A stretch of 64,000 nt of DNA from Diadema antillarum (Eukaryota): the NCBI RefSeq assembly GCF_040938485.1, contig NW_027271076.1, positions 310,001-374,000 on the forward strand, in the 5' to 3' direction. The notes under the pieces are model-generated. The model saw only the letters and a program-made list of their open reading frames with translations. It ran no database searches and was not told where the DNA came from. Shown here one piece after another: positions 48,977-62,126 of the stretch (position 1 is its first letter; every line of letters begins with the position of its first letter). The position numbers and the translations under genes are program-made.

Positions 48977-50101
48977 TTACGCAATGTTTATCCTAGGATT
49001 ACTTTTCTCGGGTCGGTATTGTGATTCCAGATCCTCAAATATTGGTGTATTTCTTTTGCCTCTGTTCATGAAGAAATCCTTAACGGCTTCACGGAATTGT
49101 TGGTGGCGAAGTGTGTACACTATTGGGTTCACACAGGAGTTACAAATGGCGAGTGCGACGAGAAAGCGTGCAAAAGGACTACGCACAAAGGAAGGAGTAA
49201 GCCCCAGGTTGAAAGTAAAATACGCTATTTGGTCTGGGGCCCAACAGATGACGTAGATGAGGACAACCGTTAATGTTAGTGTGAGGACTCGAGATCGAGC
49301 GACATTGTGGAACGATGCTGTGGACTCATTCGACACGAAGCGAGCGGCCTCCCGTCGAAGGGAACGCGCAATGGCTGTCTGGGTCCCAATCATAAGAGCA
49401 GTCGGGATAGTAAACAGGATAACAAAGATGTAAATCCCATAGACAACTTCAAGGATTCGTGGTGGTCGCTGATACACGCACTTTCCCACTACGACGTCTG
49501 TAGTGTTGGTTAAGATGATCTGAACCATCAAAATACATGATACCGCCCAAAGAAGACATATGATGATATTTACGAGTCGGCGATTGACCAAACGCTTAAA
49601 ATGGATCGGATAAACGACAGCGAAGAAACGATCGAAGGACACTGCCACCAGGCTGTAGATCGACGCCGTAATCGTGGTCCACATCAAATATTCTCCTTCC
49701 AAGACTTTACAATATAATGCTCCTGCCCATGAATTGGGAATAGACTTGATGTTTGGGTACGGAATCAAAAGGATTGAAGTGAGAAAATCAGCTATCGCCA
49801 AATTTCCTACGAAGATATCCATTGAGCGACTCTTTCCGCGAGTCTTCGAGCGACGGCCAAACACCACGGCGATGACGAGAGCGTTGCCAGCGATCCCAAG
49901 AATTGCGATGACGAGCTCGCAGATCACATACGAAGACCACGTCATAACTTCCCATGACCATGTGACCAGGGGTTGCTCAGCTGCGGACGAAAAATCGCTA
50001 TATTTCTCTTCGGCATCTAATTCGTAGGAGGCTGTTAGCATTTCGGTCCCTACCTCCTTTAAGTATAGTTTTGAGGACACTCCAGTAAGAGTTGCATTCA
50101 T
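48977..50101 (-). CDS. Class A GPCR copy 6, 374 aa, intact
   Basis: Full set of class A motifs. Acceptor TTACAG| ends at 50128. Confidence 0.93.
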   Translation of the reverse strand: MNATLTGVSSKLYLKEVGTEMLTASYELDAEEKYSDFSSAAEQPLVTWSWEVMTWSSYVICELVIAILGIAGNALVIAVVFGRRSKTRGKSRSMDIFVGNLAIADFLTSILLIPYPNIKSIPNSWAGALYCKVLEGEYLMWTTITASIYSLVAVSFDRFFAVVYPIHFKRLVNRRLVNIIICLLWAVSCILMVQIILTNTTDVVVGKCVYQRPPRILEVVYGIYIFVILFTIPTALMIGTQTAIARSLRREAARFVSNESTASFHNVARSRVLTLTLTVVLIYVICWAPDQIAYFTFNLGLTPSFVRSPFARFLVALAICNSCVNPIVYTLRHQQFREAVKDFFMNRGKRNTPIFEDLESQYRPEKSNPRINIA

Positions 50102-51362
50102 TGTTTAAAAAATCGATTCCTTTTTCCCTGTAATATCAAATGAGAAGAGTATATATGAATGGTTTAATACAAGAAAATTAAAAAAAAAGTCTCACTAAGT
50201 TGAGCCTCTATAGGGGTAAATCAACGTAATGGAGGTCACGGAAAATTGTTCACTTTCATATATACGATAATTCATTATCCTTAGCTTAATGTGTGTTGGG
50301 TTTTTTTTTTATTATCATGACGATGTTGATAATCGGTTATATAACTATTACCGAAAATGATTCAGTTGATTTAACATTCTGCTTCGGTAAATCTTTGTGT
50401 TCGGAAATTTACCGCCAAGATAAGAGGAACATAATGAATCTTCACTATTCAGTTTCGTTATTAGTTCTCTAATATTTGTCCTTTGACACCATGTTACTTT
50501 TTGTATGAAGGACATGGATGTGATATATTCCTGAATTTCCAACATTATTGATATCAGAATATTGTGAGGTGATGAAGACTGAATGAACCAGTCTGGCAGA
50601 TAACCTCGCTGCTATCGAACAAAGATAGGGCATGCTGTTTGCATGAAATTGTGAAAGAAAGAAAAAAGAGAATTGGTACTTTTTTATCATTCAAAACAGA
50701 CTTCTAAACGATGAATAAAAAAGTTATAATAGAATTGGAACAAGCTTTAAAATTGTACTTTATATTTTGTTGTTTTTTGTTTTTGTTTGTTTGTTTGTTT
50801 GTTTGTGTGTTTGTTTGTTTGTTTGTTTGTTTGTTTTGGGGGGGATACAATATGTGTATGTGCAAATACACTTGTTCTTTTTTAAAGCCTGCCACAAGTG
50901 TTTGCAAAAGCCTATAGGTGACATTATTTTTCGCTTGTGACTAAAAGGTTCAGATAACCTTAATAGAAAGCCAAATATATGTGTATACATACTTGTCTTT
51001 GTACTCTGTCTATCTGACACACATGGCAAATACATTACTGAGTATCATGTTCCAGTAGACCTGGTTAGGCGTGGGTCTTAACCGTTTTGTATATTACTAG
51101 GTCTTTCCCTGATTTTCTGGTTTTCAATTTTGCATGCTTCACTTTGGAAAGCACTACAGGAACATTCTGTACGAGACTGCAATGAGTTCTCCACGATATA
51201 CAAGCTCTGACTTTTAGTGGACCCCTCTTTCCTTTAGATAGAGGATGGCTAATTTAACATGTAACAAGGTTTATATGTAACTATGTATTGCTTTTAAATC
51301 AAAAATTTCCTGTAATTTTCATGGTACAGTCAAGTATCTTTTGTCAGTTTTTTTTTTGTATG

Positions 51363-52031
51363 TGTGACCTGCACCTCAAAACAAACAAAAAGTCGCCAGA
51401 CATGATTTTTTTTGTAAAGACTATATTCTGAAAGAGTAGACTTTAAGCATCAAATGGACTCTCCTAACCTATCTAAATATTGGAAAGAAAGCACAAACTC
51501 AGGAAAAGTGGGAACTGAGAAAAGAGGCTCTGAAGTATAGTGTCTATTCAAGCGCTTAGTCTTTACCAAACCGTGCTGGCTGTGCGATGAATGGGACAAA
51601 AAACAGGAAGTAAACCACCAGAGTAACAACACAAAAGGGATTATTAGATTAAACTGAAATTAGGCATGCCTCATTATCACATTCTGTCCATAATCAATGC
51701 CAACTTTCAAAGCAGCACCATTATCCTTTCAAAAGTTACTAGAGTTGAAAGTGAAGAGTGTGGTCAAAGTTTTTCAGAAATGAAAAAGGGATTCTAAAGA
51801 CACACCTTATCACACTATTCTACCAAAAATGTTCGAGATAAACTGCTACAAAAACACACTTTCCTGCCCGTGTTATGATACCAAATTTTAGCATAATGTA
51901 AAAGAAGACCCGCTCTTTCAGAAAATATGAAAAAGTGAAGTTAGGCTAGGTTGACCCATTTCACTTATTTTCAGTCCTCACGCAAAATCAGTAAGCGCGA
52001 CTTTATGTTCGTTTTGAGGTGAACGGTCACA
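51363..52031 (+). mobile_element. MITE family 1, intron of copy 6
   Basis: Both TIRs present. It is absent from the paralogous copy-5 intron. Confidence 0.88.
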
Positions 52032-52277
52032 TATTATATTATCTCCTGTAGAAGAAGGAACTAAAATATCACTATTGAATTGAATTGAATTGAAACATTG
52101 AAACATAAGGTCAACAAGAAACAAGAGAAGAAAACTGTCGAAGGAGCTCATATAATACATTTAGTGTGAGCCTTCGTTTTGATTTCCAAAGTAAAATTTG
52201 CTGATGATAGCTACCTTGTTTATAAGTATGATATTCTTATGACTGATTGCTTAATTGTATCACCATACGAGTAAATA

Positions 52278-52316
<39 letters not shown>

Positions 52317-52322
52317 CCTTAC

Positions 52323-52410
52323 CTCATGAAGAAGATCACGTTGGTATCGCAGTGAGCTTCTTCCCGAACGACGTAGTGGAACTTCGGGAAACTTCGACAC
52401 TACTTTTATA
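52323..52410 (-). promoter_or_regulatory. TATA box plus exon 1 of copy 6
   Basis: TATAAAAG at 52410-52403. The exon ends CATGAG|GTAAGG. Confidence 0.75.
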
Positions 52411-53632
52411 TGAAAGCACATCGCTAGATCGTTTTGATAACGAGTGCACTCTGAAAGTAATCGAATGTCACAATTCAGAAAGGGTTGAGTGGAATCTATG
52501 AAATGACCTTCGAGTCGCTTTTGATTTTCATCAAACTCAGCTTGAACTCATTTGTTATTCTTATTTGTATTATTCTAAAGAAAGTTCCACTATTTTACAG
52601 CGAAACCAATCAAAGAATTTTCTCCTATAGACATAACAAAGAAACCCATTAACGTCGCAGTTTTCTGCCCAAGCATACCATAATGTTACATCTAAAGCGG
52701 TCATTACTCCGTGCATGGATTGAAGTAACGTCGGTGAAATTGCAATGTCGTTTTCTTTTTTTCTTCTCCTTCTTTTTTAGGAAAACAAAAATCGATCATT
52801 CGAGTTTTTTCCCCGCTTTTTTGTTAGGAAAAGATCAATTTTATGACAGAGTTCCTAGGTGCACTGATTCATGCAAAGATTGCATCTCTGTCTTGTTGAC
52901 TTTCTCTCCTTCTCTCTCTCTCCTGCTCTCACTCTCTCTCTCTCTATTTCTTTCTCTCTCTCCTGCTCTCTGACATGCGCACAAAAATATCTAACTGTCT
53001 ATGTCACTCGTTCTCTCTGCTCTTTGTCCGTTTTTATTTCTCTCCTCCATTACAGAATGCTCGCCAGTCTCTGTACTTCGGCATTTTATTGGTTTCCGGC
53101 CTTTTCTAGCAGTGTGAAGTCATCTTCTTTGCTTTCAGATTTGTACTTCTCCCTTGGCTATCATAAAATTGCATTACGCTCTCTGCAATTCTTGTTTCAT
53201 TTCCTATATTTAAAGCAACAATTATGATAACAAGAAAAAAAAAAGAAGAAGCAGAAGATAAAGTAACGATTTATCATGATATAAAATAGTACTATAGATC
53301 GTGCGCATACGATGATACATTGAAAACCTGTTTTTCTCTCCCCCCCCCCTTTCTGCAATAAGCGGTATTCCGCTATCTACAAAAAGCATAGTAAGCTAGC
53401 TTCTTCATGTGTTGGTATGGGAAATGCAGTACCTATAGTCTTATATTTTCAACCCTTTTAGAACATTCAATTGTTTATATGAAATATATAAGAATTCATG
53501 TTGCTTTCTACCTAATCTTTGGCACATATGAAGCAAAGTTCTGGTTACATGAACTTAATTTGATTTAATTGGATTTAATCAATTTGATTTAATTACTTTT
53601 ATTAACATGTATTTCCAATGTAATGAATTTAA

Positions 53633-53980
53633 AGAGTGTTTTCAGTTCTGGTCGAGGTGAGGATGTAGCTTTTAACGTTTTACGAGATATTCAGAAACCT
53701 CTCTATGAGATGTCAAAGAGCATGCAATTATAAGGGGTATCAAACGTTTATTTGATGAAATCGGTTTTGAAATGGCTGAGATATCCAAATACAAGGTGAA
53801 ACAAAGAGATCCTAATAAAAGGCATAGCCTGTCTCCTTTTATTATCATCACTTTTTTGGATATCTCAGCCATTTTGGAAACCAATTTTCATCAAATAAAC
53901 CTTGAATCCTTCTTAAAATTACATGCTCCGTTTTCATATTTCATAAGAGGTTTCTCATTATCCAGTACTGTACAGTCCCT
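53633..53980. mobile_element. Kolobok-like MITE
   Basis: TTAA|AGAGTG...CAGTCCCT|TTAA. Confidence 0.68.
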
Positions 53981-55130
53981 TTAATTTTAGATTGGAATTA
54001 GTTTTATTGTCCACTTTGTATACTGTATAGCCTTTAGCACGTTTGTTGGTTCCCATGTCCCTCTTATTATTGTTATACAAGTCGAAGTTAGTGTTCCTGT
54101 CAATGTCACTGTCCGTATGTTCCTATCCGTATGTCCCTGTCTTTGTTTCTTTTGTTGTCTATGTTTCTGTTTCTGTCGTTGTTTTGTCCTTACCTTGGTT
54201 TTTTATTTTTTATATATTTACTCTGATGCTGCATAGTGCCCATTATGGAATTAAATACTCATTTTTGCTGAGGGCACACTCGTCAAAATTTTTTGTACTT
54301 CTAGAGATGTGCCTCCAGCATGTTACTTGTACTATTTCTATTCATATTCGCTGAAAATAAATGTCATTAAACCTCAACCAAATTTTTCACTAAAGTGTTC
54401 ACCGAAATGTTTCAGTGATGTTGACAAAGTTCTTTCAAAGGAGAGAAAATAAAATTGAATTCAGAGTTTTATATTAGTAAAGACTAGCTTTTGTGTGTCC
54501 TTTGCTGAACATGGGCGATACCACGAAGACTTTCTATTAGTAAACATTACACTGATTTGTTTTTCTCTTTTTAGTATTGAATAGTGAAGATATCGTTGTT
54601 CTCGCTGTTGCGTTTTGTTTCGTTTTTGTTTTTGTGTTGTTGGTTTTTTTAAGGGGGAATACAGAATTCGCTAAATTTATTGTTTGTTTGTTTGTTTGTT
54701 TGTTTGTTTGTTTGTTTTTTGTCTTGTACAATTTGGAGCTTATCTAATTGGCTCTTGAAGGAGATACCTGTAGAGGATGAAGACGGCGCGGGATAAAAGC
54801 GGCTAATTCGCACCATTACATAACCCTATCACGCAATCACGTGACCAAATAAAAGCAGACAGTCATGCACGGGGACAATACAGTCACAACTTTTTAAAGA
54901 CAATAAAGTTTCAAATACGTAACGTATACGTGACGTATTATGTTTTATCTCTACGAAGATTACAGTGAGATCAGAGAGACATTAAGCAATAAATAAAGAT
55001 AAAGCATGCACTGTTCACACTAAACACACACATATGTATATAATGTATATTATATAGTATTATTCTATATGGTGTATGTTATATAATATATAAGAAAAAA
55101 TGCAGGGTATTACCAATATGATATATAATA

Positions 55131-55700
55131 TGTGACCGCGCCTCGCGAAACCAACTTAGAACTGAAAATAAGTGAAATGGGTCAACCAGCCAATTTTAGT
55201 TTCTCATATCTTATGAAAGAGCAATTCTTTTTCTTCATTGTTTTTAAGTTTGGGGTCTTGAAACGAATGGAAAATTGTGTTTTTAGCAGTTTCTCTGAAC
55301 ACTTTTTTTTGTAGAATGATGTGTTTTGGTGTGTCTTACAGAGGCCCCTTTCCATTTCTTAAAAACCCTTTGCAAAGTCTTCACTGTCAATTCTAATAAC
55401 TTTTGAAAGGATAATGCCGCTGCTTTAAAACTTGGCATTAGTCATGAATAGAATGCGTTAATGTAGTATGTCTAATTTCAGCTAATTCGAATAATATCTT
55501 CATTGATTTTGCTATGGAGTTTTACATCCTATTTTTTTTTTTTTTTTTGTCCCATTCATTCATTTGCACAGAGAACGGCTTGGTAACCATTATGCACTTG
55601 AACGCACCCGCTACTTTACAGCATCTTTTCATAGGATATACTTTTCCAGACTGTGTGCTTTGTTTTCTATATTCAGATAGGTTAGGACAGTTTATTTGAA
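55131..55700 (-). mobile_element. MITE family 1, truncated
   Basis: TA|TGTGACCG start; homology ends at about 55700. Confidence 0.75.
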
Positions 55701-55780
55701 TATTTTGAATATTTATCATAATGTATAATATGTAATATATAATATATTACAATATGTTAAAATAAACAATGCATAATACA

Positions 55781-57425
55781 TTATATTAGATGGCTTAGAC
55801 AGTTTCTGGTATGTGATTGGTCGAGAGTTCATCACGTGATGCTGTTTGCGAGGATCGCAAATGTTATATTTTCCCAGCTCGTTATATTGACCAACTGGTC
55901 AACTGAATATGTTTTTTCCATGTGTGTCGCCCTCTTACGGTTGAAAAACAAACAATTACACCAATATAAGGGTGTGGGACCACGTCGGTAACTGGGAGGA
56001 GCAAACGATTACTATCGATAACTGCAGTCTGGATCGATATAATCTGTTCCCACTCACCCCCCCCCCCCCCCCCCTCCGCACCACACACACACGATACGTG
56101 TGAGAGAGTAGAAGGCACGGCGCGGCGCGGAGTAGCGTCATGCGCTAGGCCTGCCTGGATGGAATTCGGGAAGCTAGGCTACCCAATGTACCGTTTACGT
56201 ACGCACGTATCATTCGGCCTGCGAAGTTTGGATTCACACTTCAAAATGGAACCCCATTTTGTCTATAATAAACGACGACGAGCTCGATAATATTTTGGAG
56301 GATAAGGATTCTAACTCCACTTAACATGGCCTAAAACAAGCGAGTTAATTGTCTAGAGACATTTTGTTCAGTTCAGTTCTTAGAACGAGGGCAATTCATG
56401 CATCTTTGTATTGACGTAACTTAAAAGTTAGACTAACGTTAGATCCAGGCCTAACGTTACATCGAACAAACCACAAGTGGAGGACTAACTGTTACGACAC
56501 CGAGCAGACTGGTTTGCAAATCACTGTGTTTCTACAATGTTCATCTCTGCAACAGAGGGGAAAAAGACTGATTTTGAAATTGCTGCAGATTCATGATGAC
56601 AGAAGGTAGGCCTACGTCTATACCGGTCCTGGCACAAGACAAATTGATTGAAAATCACAGGGTAGGCCTAGAAAAATATGATGCACTGGACTGGGGAGCC
56701 AATTTGGACGCATGTGATGTAGCTAGGCCCTTCTAAACAGACACTAACATTAGGGTTAACTCTAACGTTAGACTTAACGTTAATTAATTAGAGAGTTTTA
56801 GATGTAAACTTGCCTAACATAGACTTACGTAACGCCAAATAACGTTAGACCGTGTAGATCTATATTCTTACGTTAGAACTCCCTAACGTTAGATCTAAAT
56901 TAGGACTAACGACGAACGTTAGAACAGAGTCTATCAGTAGTAGGCCCTCCTGTAACATAATTAGAATCTAGACATAGGTTCTAACGTAAGGGCCTACCTG
57001 TGGCTGTAGAAACAAATGTCAAATGATTAAAATTGCCCATGTTGTAGGCCATCAAATAATGTTTAAGGCCTATTAAAGTTAGATTTGTTTTGTGAGTAGA
57101 CCCTAAACATCTGCTGATCTTTTGGACCTGAGCCTAATTTAACTATAGGGCCCTAAAGCGTCATTACTTGACTTGAGCCTAAATGTTAACGTTAGTACTA
57201 TATAGTAGGGCCTACCCTGTCGTTGATGAGCCTAGCAACTACAGTAACAAGTTACATGGCACAGTCCATCCAGTCGCCGCTGTATGTACAACTACAAAAT
57301 CGTGACGGCGCGCACACGTAACACAGCGTCTGGTCGGGCTATGAGCGTATAAACGGTTAGGCTATACGTCGTTTAGTGTAGGCTCTTCTGTAAAGCACAA
57401 TCAAGGGCAAGGCCATCTAATATAA
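55781..57425 (+). mobile_element. Degenerate, internally deleted Crypton-like (tyrosine-recombinase) transposon
   Basis: 14-bp inverted ends TTATATTAGATGGC/GCCATCTAATATAA and a CpG-rich promoter-like patch. A broken reading MEPHFV/IINDDELDNILEDKDSNST*HGLKQA at 56246-56340 resembles the N-terminus of Crypton/DUF3504-type proteins (recalled, not searched). Confidence 0.55.
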
Positions 57426-57608
57426 CAGATATCGACTGGTAGGGGGTGGAATGTAACAATCTTTGGAACGCCAGGGAGTTATATTTTCCCTCGTGATCAT
57501 ATTTTCCCTCAGCGCTGCGCGCTTCGGGAAAATATAATCCCTTGGGAAAATATAATTTCCTGGCGGTCCAAAGAATGTTATATTCCACCCCGTACCAGTC
57601 AATATCTG
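57426..57608. mobile_element. 183-bp palindromic non-autonomous element flanked by TATAA direct repeats
   Basis: CAGATATCGACTGG...CCAGTCAATATCTG, with arms pairing over ~65 bp. Confidence 0.8.
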
Positions 57609-57690
57609 TATAATATTCAATATATAATAGCCCTTTTCCCCCTTCATACACACATTTGCTAGCAATTGCTGACAATTCAATTTTTTCATA

Positions 57691-58377
57691 TGTGACCGTG
57701 CACCTCAAAACGAACATAAAGTCGCACACACTGATTTTGCGTGAGGACAAAAAATAAGTGAAATGGGTTAACCTAGCCTAACTTGACTTTTTCATATTTT
57801 CTGGAAGGGCGGGTCTTCTTTTATGCTAAAATTTGGTATCATAAAACTGGCAGGAAAGTGTGTTTTTTTAGCAGTTTATCTCGAACATTTTTTGGTAGAA
57901 TAGTGTGATTAGGTGTGTCTTTAAAATCCCTTTTTTATTTCTGAAAAACCTTGTCCACACTCTTCACTTTCAACTCTAATAATTGTTAAAAGGATAGTGC
58001 TACTGCTTTGAAAGTTCGCATTAATTATGGACAGAATGTGTTAATTAGGCATGCTTAATTTCAGTTTAGTCTGATAATCCCTTTTGTGTTGTTACTCTGG
58101 TGGTTTACTTCCTGTTTTTTGTCCCATTCATCGCACAGCCAGCACGGTTTGGTAAAGATTAAGCGCATGAACAGGCACTGTACTTCAGAGCCTCTTTTCT
58201 CAGTTCACACTTTTCCTGAGTTTGTGCTTTCTTTCCAATATTTAGATAGGTTAGGAGAGTCCGTTTGATTTGAGTTATACATCATTTTAAAGCTTAAAGT
58301 CTGCTCTTTCAGAATATGGTCTTAACTAAAAATTCATGTCTGGCGACTTTTTGTTTGTTTTGAGGTGCAGAGTCACA
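57691..58377 (-). mobile_element. MITE family 1 (young subfamily)
   Basis: TA|TGTGACC...AGTCACA|TA. Confidence 0.88.
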
Positions 58378-60441
58378 TATGTACAGTAAATTCAGGATTG
58401 ACTACATTATCAGAATGGATTTACGGGAATAACTTATCATAACGCGAAGTTAAACAAACATACTGCTTATTTTCTTCAGTAATATATCGAATACTTTGCC
58501 TGTTAATATATTCCACAACAACATTAAAGAAGAGGTAAATTCATTAAAATATTTGGATTAAATTTTGAATCAACAACTTTTCCTGGCAGCCGCACATGCC
58601 GAACTATTTCCCGCAAGATATTATCAACAAAATTAAAGATTTGTTTTCCTACACATATTTAGATAATGTCATACTGTACTTTAATTCTACTGTATCTGAA
58701 TCATAGCGTACATGAGAGGGGCAACACGCGTTCCTCGCATTTCAAGATCAAATTTTACTCTTACAAAAGAAAATACTTCCTAATATCTCTAATGTTCCTT
58801 CTAGATCACAAACTAATGTAATATTTTCTGAAAACAAGATAAATTATTTACATCGATTTCAGTTGAGGCAATTCGTCTATGAACTAAACAACAATTTATT
58901 ACCACATGTATTTGATATAATAACAAACAAATAAACAAATCGGTCTGTAAATACCCTACATGTCGATCCAAAAAATTTACGGTATCTTCGACACGTACAC
59001 TTTGTTAATCAGGTTTTGTCTCTATATAGAGACCCTGTTTTATCGATTTCATTGGATAATAACGCCAAATAATGTACATGTACTTAGTTTTAATACTCTC
59101 AAACTGACTCATCTGAGGCTCATCACTGTTGATACCAGTATGCTTGATACGATATACATACATTTTCCCTTTTCAGACAGAAACTGCCTTTCCCTCACAG
59201 CCCTCAAGCATTTTCCGCGCTGCGAACATCGTGTATATCACTTGTTTCTGGTTTGTCAACTACTGTGATGTTTTGTATTTCCTTTGTTTGTAATGTCTTT
59301 TAAGATTTCATCTTCTCCTCTCACCCCAATTTACTTCTGAATTTTTCTGAAAGCAGCACATTCAGAGCGCACTTTTTGCTATCATTTTTCTGTTCTTTAT
59401 GAAGAAGCAAGGGTGGCTTACTTTTTTATATTTTTTTCTAACGCGGACTGCAATACGCAAGCTGAGTTTTAAGCAGTCCCATCCATTTCTAAATGCCTAC
59501 TTGATTATTCATTATTTCATACAACATCAATTAATTATTCTTTATGACTAAGTTTAGATTATGTTACTTCGTCATATAACAATTCAGGTGCTTATGCACA
59601 TATCTGAATATGTTGTATTGTGACAATTTTGTGGTTTTTATGATAGTGTAAACTCGTTTTTTTTTTTTTCGGGGGTGGGAAATGAATGAACTGAAATGAT
59701 AAAAGAATACCAATAATTCTAGTAAGTTACCAGGCACCAAATTCAAAGTTATAAGATATTTTTAGGATCATTGAGCATTTACTCGTGCACGCGATACGTT
59801 GTCGTTATGATGAATCGTGGTATCATAGCAAATGCAAAATGAAACAGATTAAACAAACAAATGCAGAAGATAAAACAGGATAAATCATCCAAATTAGTGC
59901 AAAATTAAGGTCTTCTTTTATTCCATTTGAAGAAAAATACCAACACGTCTAACTGAAGAATCAGATTTTAGATTTAAAGATTTAGAGAAGTTGAAAATTT
60001 TTCAACCCAAACAAAGGAAAATAAACAAGAACGGCTTGATTGAAAATATACTGTTTTGATTCTTTTGGAAACACTGCCAATCGATAATAAGAATGAAATA
60101 ATGAAAAAAACACCCCCAAAAATGGAAACGTCCTTTCAAGAAGTAATGTTATAGGATGGCTTCTAAACGTTTAACATGATAGATGTCAATGTTTAAACTT
60201 ACGCTTGTGTTATGAAGGAAACCGTACAACAAAACAAAAGAAAGGTGAAGAAAGTCTGGTGCATTGTATCTCAGGTCAATACAACATTGTTTGTATCCAT
60301 ATGCTAGGTATGTGCTGTTTCATGTACTTGTTTTTGAATGTATTTTAATATGCTGATAGATTGATAACTGGTGTGAGTATGGCAAACGCAGAATTAAGCT
60401 TTGTCAATGTTTATGTGACTTTTCTTGGGTCGCTATTGGGA

Positions 60442-61506
60442 TTACAGATCCTCAAATATTGGTGTGTTTTCTTTGCTTGTGTTCCTGAAAAAGTCCGTAA
60501 CCGCTTCACGGAATTGCGGGTGACGAAGGGTGTACAGTATTGGGTTCACGCAGGAGTTACAGATGGCGAGTGCAGTGACTACGCGAGCAAAAGGACTACG
60601 CACAAAGGAAGGAGTAAGTCCGAGGTTGAAAGAAAAATAGGCTATCTGGTCTGGGGACCAGCAGATGAAGTAGATAAGGACAACAGCGAATGTTAGCGTG
60701 AGGACTCGAGATCGGGCTGTTTGGTGGAACGATGCTGTAGACTCATTTGACTCGAAGCGGGTGGCCTCCCGCCGAAGCGAGCGCACAATGGCTATCTGGG
60801 TCACAAGCATAAGGACGGCCGGGAGAGCGAACTGGACGACAAAAATATAAATCCCGTAGATGATTTCAAGTTTTCGCGGCGGTCGCTGATATATGCATTT
60901 TCCCACTTCCACGTTCGTAGTGTTGGTTAAGGGTATTTGAACCGTTAAGATGCATGACATCGCCCAAATAAGACAAACAATGAAATTTACTAGTCGACGA
61001 TTGACAAAACGCTTAAAATGAATGGGATAAACAACAGCGAAGAAACGATCGAAGGACATTGCCACCAGGCTGTAGATCGACGCCGTAATCGTGGCCCACA
61101 TCAAATAGTCTCCTTCCAAACCTTTACAATATAATGCTCCCGTCCACGAATTGGGAATAGAATTGACTGTTGGGTATGGAACCAGAAGAGTCGAAGTGAG
61201 GAAATCAGCTATCGCCAAATTTCCAACGAGGATATCCATTGAACGACCCTTCGAGCGACGGCCGAACACGACGGCGATGACGAGAGCGTTGCCGACGATC
61301 CCAATTATTGCTATAACAAGCTCGCAGATTACATACCAGGACCACGTCATAACTTTCCAAGACCACATGATTCGATTTTGCTCAGCCATGGACAAAACAT
61401 TGGTATATTCCTCATCGCCAGTTGATTGGGAAGAGGCTGTTAGCATTTCGGTCACTACCTCATTAAAGTGTGGTTTTGCCGACATTCCAGTAAGCGTTGC
61501 ATTCAT
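60442..61506 (-). CDS. Class A GPCR copy 7, 354 aa, C-tail shortened by about 16 aa
   Basis: Intact 7TM plus helix 8. Acceptor TTGCAG| ends at 61533. TAA replaces the Glu of EDLE, and the ancestral tail is still readable to the TAA at 60394-60396. Confidence 0.88.
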   Translation of the reverse strand: MNATLTGMSAKPHFNEVVTEMLTASSQSTGDEEYTNVLSMAEQNRIMWSWKVMTWSWYVICELVIAIIGIVGNALVIAVVFGRRSKGRSMDILVGNLAIADFLTSTLLVPYPTVNSIPNSWTGALYCKGLEGDYLMWATITASIYSLVAMSFDRFFAVVYPIHFKRFVNRRLVNFIVCLIWAMSCILTVQIPLTNTTNVEVGKCIYQRPPRKLEIIYGIYIFVVQFALPAVLMLVTQIAIVRSLRREATRFESNESTASFHQTARSRVLTLTFAVVLIYFICWSPDQIAYFSFNLGLTPSFVRSPFARVVTALAICNSCVNPILYTLRHPQFREAVTDFFRNTSKENTPIFEDL

Positions 61507-62126
61507 TGTTTTGAAAATCAATTCCTTGTACTCTGCAAGTACAAAACAAAAGATAAAGTACATGACATGTCCTTATCGTATGATATGAAATTACGATCAC
61601 TTCAAAATCATGGAAACCACAGGAAATTATTCAATGTGATGAGCACAATTACTTATAGTTTTCAGCATAAGATTTGTCATTATGAACATATCATATAATT
61701 GTATACCGACAATGAATTGATTTAACATTACGCTTACGTAAATCTGCGTATTGTATTTACCGTAAATGATATGAGGAGCATTCCAATATCCATTTTGACT
61801 ATTCAGTACAGATATTCCTATGCAAGTTCTCTCATTTTCGTTGATTTTGAAGCACTTTCAAGTTGTGTTTACCACGAATAAAAGCAGGGCAAGCACATAA
61901 TGAGTTTGTAATATCGAATGTATTCCACAATATTCTAAATCATTGATGTCAGAGTATTTAATACAAATCGAATAAATACATTAAATAGCGCTTGATGTTG
62001 TATGTCTACCTTATGACACTGAAAACTGGAAAAATGATACCTTTTTTCTGACGTTCATCAATTCAAAATAATGTATATCTTTGAACAATATAAAATATAA
62101 TGGAAGCATATATGGGCATGTCTATA

